Shown here one piece after another: positions 22,001 to 24,691 of a stretch of 24,691 nucleotides of DNA. The notes beneath the pieces are model-generated. The model ran no database searches, was not told the origin of the DNA, and saw only the letters and a program-made list of their open reading frames with translations. Position 1 is the first letter of the stretch. Each line of letters begins with the position of its first letter. Source of the DNA: a virus (lineage: Duplodnaviria > Caudoviricetes); the IMG/VR virus record IMGVR_UViG_3300025122_000146, positions 1 to 24,691 of that record. The stretch is one strand, 5' to 3'. The position numbers were made by a program, and so were the translations under genes.

Positions 22001-24690
22001 GCCTTCAGCTTCGCTATGACTCGACCGAAGCGTGCGGCCTCTTCCCCTCCTTGGACGTTAAAGGGGCCCATAACTGTCTCGTCAAAGGTATCGTCGATGG
22101 ATTTTACGAGGATGTTTGGGTCTACTATCCTCTCAAACTCAGCCAGTTCTTTCTTTGTCGCCTTGGCTAAGATGTCTGCCCCGGCAGTAATCCTAGACTG
22201 TACACCCTGTAAAGGAGTTTTCCCTGTACGTGCGTGCTTGATTATAAGACCAAGCAGATCGGCAACTTTACCCATCTCCTCACGGTATAGCTCTTCGACG
22301 TTAAGGATTCGTCGTTGCTCTTCTGCTATTGCTACTTTGCGGCCTGCCTTTGCACCCGCAGCCCTAATAGCTTGCTTGCCATGCTTATCCTGCATCTTCT
22401 GTAGTCTTTCAGCTAAGCCAGCACGGGTCTTTGCAGGTTTCCCTTTAGGCGTAAACTTCCCTGGCTTAACTCCTGCCTTAGCGTTTAACCGCTGGGCCAA
22501 GCGAGCCTGTTGGACGCGCATCTTTTGAAGCCTGCTCTGTGCAACCATAAAGCCTGCGTGTTTCTTAAACCAGATTAGGTTAGCCATTCTGCCTTCGAGT
22601 AAGGCTCCTCGCTCCAAGAACCGTAAGCTGGTGGCAGGCTTAGGGAGCATAAGAAGATCAGTCGCAGCCTCTGCCTGGGCTTTTGTCCAGCCTTGGAGGA
22701 CTAGCTCCTCTTTAATGCCGATCACCCTTGCGCCTTTTTTAGACCACCCTGGTCCTGGTTTAGGCTGGCGTAGCCCTTTAAGCCCTCCATCGTAAGTCCC
22801 ATCAGCGTGCCTGACGGCTTTAGTTTTAAGGTAATGGTGTAATAGGGATAGTTTCTCTGTTGAAATACCAGTGTCATAGATTTTCCTCAACGCTTCTGTA
22901 AGCTCAGGGAGTTCTTCTAGTTGTTGCCTAGTCCTCTCTGCGGCTGCTGGTAGGCCTTTCTCTAAACCCTTCAGTCGCTGTGCAAAGAGGGGAAAGGTCA
23001 GTACTTTACCGGCTTTGTCTTTTAAGACGAACCCTGGCTTGACATTCAGGAGATCTGTCTCTAGCTTCATAGTAGCTTTCGCTGCGTCTAAAGCAATGTC
23101 AGCCGCTTCAAGCTCTGTCTCTGCCAGCTTAACTTCAGCCCTGAACTTCTCTTCTTTAAGCCAGCGTACTCTGGCCGCATCCTCTGATAGCTTGATCTTT
23201 CCCTCAAGCCCCTCAATCTTCTTCTGGGCAGCTTCTTTACCTCTTTGTAGCCCGACAAGATGGACCTCTTGTACTGGCTCAGTACCAACACGTAGCCCTA
23301 ATGCTGCGGCAGCATAGTCACCTAGTGCTTGGTCCTGATGACGTAACTCGTTGATATGAGTTGCTATAGAGGAATCAAACTCAGTGGGATCCTCCAGCTT
23401 TGGTCTTAAGAGAGCCTCGTCTGGTAGCAGGCTCTGCTCTCTCGCTAGCTTCTCAGTCTTCTGTAACTTATGTACCCTAGTTAAAGGGATCCTACCGGAC
23501 CTCCATAACGCTTTCACAGGTTTCGTAGCAGCAAAGATTGGTAGCGTTAAGATGTCTGGGTCTAAGAGAATAAGACCAAACATCCCTGCTAGTCCAAGAG
23601 CCACCTCTGGGCCTCTGTTCCCTAGCTGCTCTCGCTGCAAGGATGGCGGAGTAAGGAACTTAGCTACGATACCGAAGTCATCAGTAATGTCGTAGCCTTC
23701 ACGGATAAGTTTGATATGCTCGTCACTTCCCCATTCCCCGGCGTGAAGTGCTGCTCCCACCATCGTCGAGAGAGCTTGTCTACCAAACCATTCGAGACCC
23801 CCTTCCTTACCGAGAGTCTCTGGGGCTCGACCAAAGTATTGATCCTGCGTCTGTAGACCAGCCCACATTGCCCTAATAGGTGCCGTTACCCTTCCACCTG
23901 CCCAGGCTGGGTTGTTGATAATATTCTGGGTTGTACCGTCAGGATCCACATCAACCCAAAGGGTTCCTGTGTTTAAAGCTGTGATCTCCCGCATTCGTTT
24001 CTTTGCGCGTTCTAGTGACCTGTTAAAGAGATCTTCATCCTCTTCTTTTGATAGGCTAGCCCAAGTCCGACCTGCATGTGCCATCTCCTCCATCCTATAA
24101 GACATCGCTAAGCGACTGATGGAATCATACACATCGATTGCTGTATCCCCTTGCAATGAGTCTGTGAGAGGGAGTACAAATCGAGCCCCGCGTTTACGTT
24201 TATGCTCAGCTATCTGGGCCAATCGTCTGCCTTCCGGGGTGTCTGTCCGTGTAACAGCGTCCTCGAAAGTTACAACCGTCCCCTCTTTGTCAGATAACTC
24301 TTGGAGTAGCTCCCACTCTAACTTAGAGTGTGCCAAAGCTTTTTGGTAATCTGCTGGAATGACATTGATTGTTTCTAGCACACCCTCAGGAGTACCTACC
24401 TTTTCAATTCCTTTAGTAAAACGTCGATGCTTAGCGGCTTCTGTTTCTTTCTCAGTCTTTATACGTGAAAGCTCTAGGTACTGAGGGTTACCTTCTGTGT
24501 CTGTGTATTCTGCACCCCAGACCTGTAGGTCTTTTGGTGTTAGCTTGTCGCGTGCTAGATCTAAAGATTCCTTAGCCTTTTCGCTAGCAACCAGCATCGA
24601 GTAGAGTTGAGGGGCTTTCTCTTTTGGTAGGATATAACCAAACCGTTTCTTTAACTCAATCTCAGCAAGCTTCTGTACATTCTCGTCTTT
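19024..24690 (-). CDS. Giant (>1880 aa) probable internal virion/DNA-ejection protein, 5'-truncated
   Basis: The frame stays open from 24597 to the window end. Largely helical, with NPRYWVNNIFGD and a C-terminal amphipathic region (RMLPF) typical of large podovirus-type internal proteins. Confidence 0.75.
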   Translation of the reverse strand, partial: KDENVQKLAEIELKKRFGYILPKEKAPQLYSMLVASEKAKESLDLARDKLTPKDLQVWGAEYTDTEGNPQYLELSRIKTEKETEAAKHRRFTKGIEKVGTPEGVLETINVIPADYQKALAHSKLEWELLQELSDKEGTVVTFEDAVTRTDTPEGRRLAQIAEHKRKRGARFVLPLTDSLQGDTAIDVYDSISRLAMSYRMEEMAHAGRTWASLSKEEDEDLFNRSLERAKKRMREITALNTGTLWVDVDPDGTTQNIINNPAWAGGRVTAPIRAMWAGLQTQDQYFGRAPETLGKEGGLEWFGRQALSTMVGAALHAGEWGSDEHIKLIREGYDITDDFGIVAKFLTPPSLQREQLGNRGPEVALGLAGMFGLILLDPDILTLPIFAATKPVKALWRSGRIPLTRVHKLQKTEKLAREQSLLPDEALLRPKLEDPTEFDSSIATHINELRHQDQALGDYAAAALGLRVGTEPVQEVHLVGLQRGKEAAQKKIEGLEGKIKLSEDAARVRWLKEEKFRAEVKLAETELEAADIALDAAKATMKLETDLLNVKPGFVLKDKAGKVLTFPLFAQRLKGLEKGLPAAAERTRQQLEELPELTEALRKIYDTGISTEKLSLLHHYLKTKAVRHADGTYDGGLKGLRQPKPGPGWSKKGARVIGIKEELVLQGWTKAQAEAATDLLMLPKPATSLRFLERGALLEGRMANLIWFKKHAGFMVAQSRLQKMRVQQARLAQRLNAKAGVKPGKFTPKGKPAKTRAGLAERLQKMQDKHGKQAIRAAGAKAGRKVAIAEEQRRILNVEELYREEMGKVADLLGLIIKHARTGKTPLQGVQSRITAGADILAKATKKELAEFERIVDPNILVKSIDDTFDETVMGPFNVQGGEEAARFGRVIAKLKAEKATSDRVVLTGKEVADFQAGVEALERLAPMIGGKFASHRQAEVLLNAMHSPYLPVRFKLTELGKWQYAADLSRVPRKIFAKISPASQRLGDLGQDMTEILKRSIQVRAKFEDEIHDLIRLNPNDSPIRVLATYLMSTNPMKLRNGWTSVNTGSASIYRKGVEQIVEDSRIIEEKGGKVILKADKLAEDVGDTKALDAIARAWLPQETFPPGRMIELRKIAYNIIKKQYDDDALDFNALMLEMKKATKNAGAHSKKDGYTFNLNWGGAGSVDDATKAYSFGALGIGHAMVLNDAARTATKMVGGITTQAAADASDILTGGGAAIAKSARAEGKKLQWHPEELLATPGGAGVVGDVTDARIAAGFDAMARYGISVIDPTLVTQQKRKVIDLVRISKNPDGINSFLPTTLISEIDKAAGKIVKETWKYNARGRDDLGLGSAMNGFWRLYRTSLVSGLLVPNPRYWVNNIFGDFAQMWWGHGLGTATTLSFQNFAMNMPWGRQLHNKQLQMQAKLGSDHVLAPITNAIFNPDLDKVWRAADDQLIQLGNQLMDVGTLRKQLDADGVMDTFVHATLREAAEKASKESLLAFPTKLKNKLWKENVHGEMYSSHATFVQQRQRAAFYLEMRRKGMNRKEATEALRRTLYDWKDPLTAVEMKVFAQVSTFYRFYRLMMKQTASMLLEPFTAPVSAKSIVAGNTSLGKLRQMVQGTNVVSDATYWGSEQQQRNTLEGDTLARGLREIGPWWNHTRPPLNSYPMDPMDREYWAKKGKSGITHETTLMPAFTPFDGAQLGMTTMAGLVGVSAHLAGVPMTDDWMKQSYDPLMNMLLPPVSQTFGGYLDSLTGDSFWGSGALSTLRPGEAEVLSGYGTLKGLIPGVSSGNPDWMTPQQETPHSKVKAPAMVVDLFRMLPFIGTQLPTFWAAAENPAWARSNAEGIWYAMRGLTSFKPYPINPLQEMEWGYERRKRATTKELSAAERQAAWELIQKTKRQEDE

Positions 24691-24691
24691 C

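Larger units (their letters stand above)
1..24691. mobile_element. Tailed dsDNA bacteriophage genome segment (replication arm converging on virion/lysis arm)
   Basis: Dense, overlapping co-oriented genes; phage-type helicase/exonuclease/SSB/PolA module; endolysin, holin-like genes and a giant virion-type protein; no cellular housekeeping genes. Confidence 0.95.

Noticed and set aside
11499-24349. Plus-strand ORFs in the late arm (e.g. 12824..13378, 14714..15169, 22016..22528)
   Set aside because: Antisense shadows with Ser/Leu/Phe-rich composition mirroring the real genes.
1-24691. TAG stop-codon reassignment suggested by abundant TAG trinucleotides
   Set aside because: Coding density is near complete under the standard code, and TAG ends genes at sensible places (9182, 10522, 14704).
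1-24691. tRNA, rRNA, integrase/att sites, phage RNA polymerase promoters
   Set aside because: Intergenic spaces are too short and no supporting motifs were seen by eye.

Overview
The window is a 24.7-kb segment of a tailed dsDNA bacteriophage genome with two converging gene blocks; no integrase or repressor is visible. The + strand (1-10458) is an early/replication arm. It carries small early genes preceded by near-identical translation-initiation repeats, a DUF2786-type protein, a SNF2-type helicase, several small zinc-finger/wHTH proteins, a Cas4/PD-(D/E)XK exonuclease, a Sak4/AAA_24-type ATPase, a DUF669-like SSB, a family A DNA polymerase with an N-terminal family-4 uracil-DNA glycosylase domain, and a short degenerate Rad50/ABC-type ATPase. 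The - strand (24691-10522) is a late arm. It carries a >1880-aa probable internal virion protein, head/tail accessory proteins including a paralogous pair, dispersed lysis genes (holin-like, spanin-like, M15A endolysin, XhlA-like), basic small proteins and an 829-aa protein combining a pre-toxin-TG-like segment with a split ADP-ribosyltransferase domain. The main points of interest are the UDG-PolA fusion with a basic insertion at the position of the UdgX R-loop, the ART toxin-like gene inside the lysis region, repeat-bounded early gene cassettes, strong AATT depletion and three small ORFs missing from the ORF track. All family calls come from motif recognition by eye, not from database searches.
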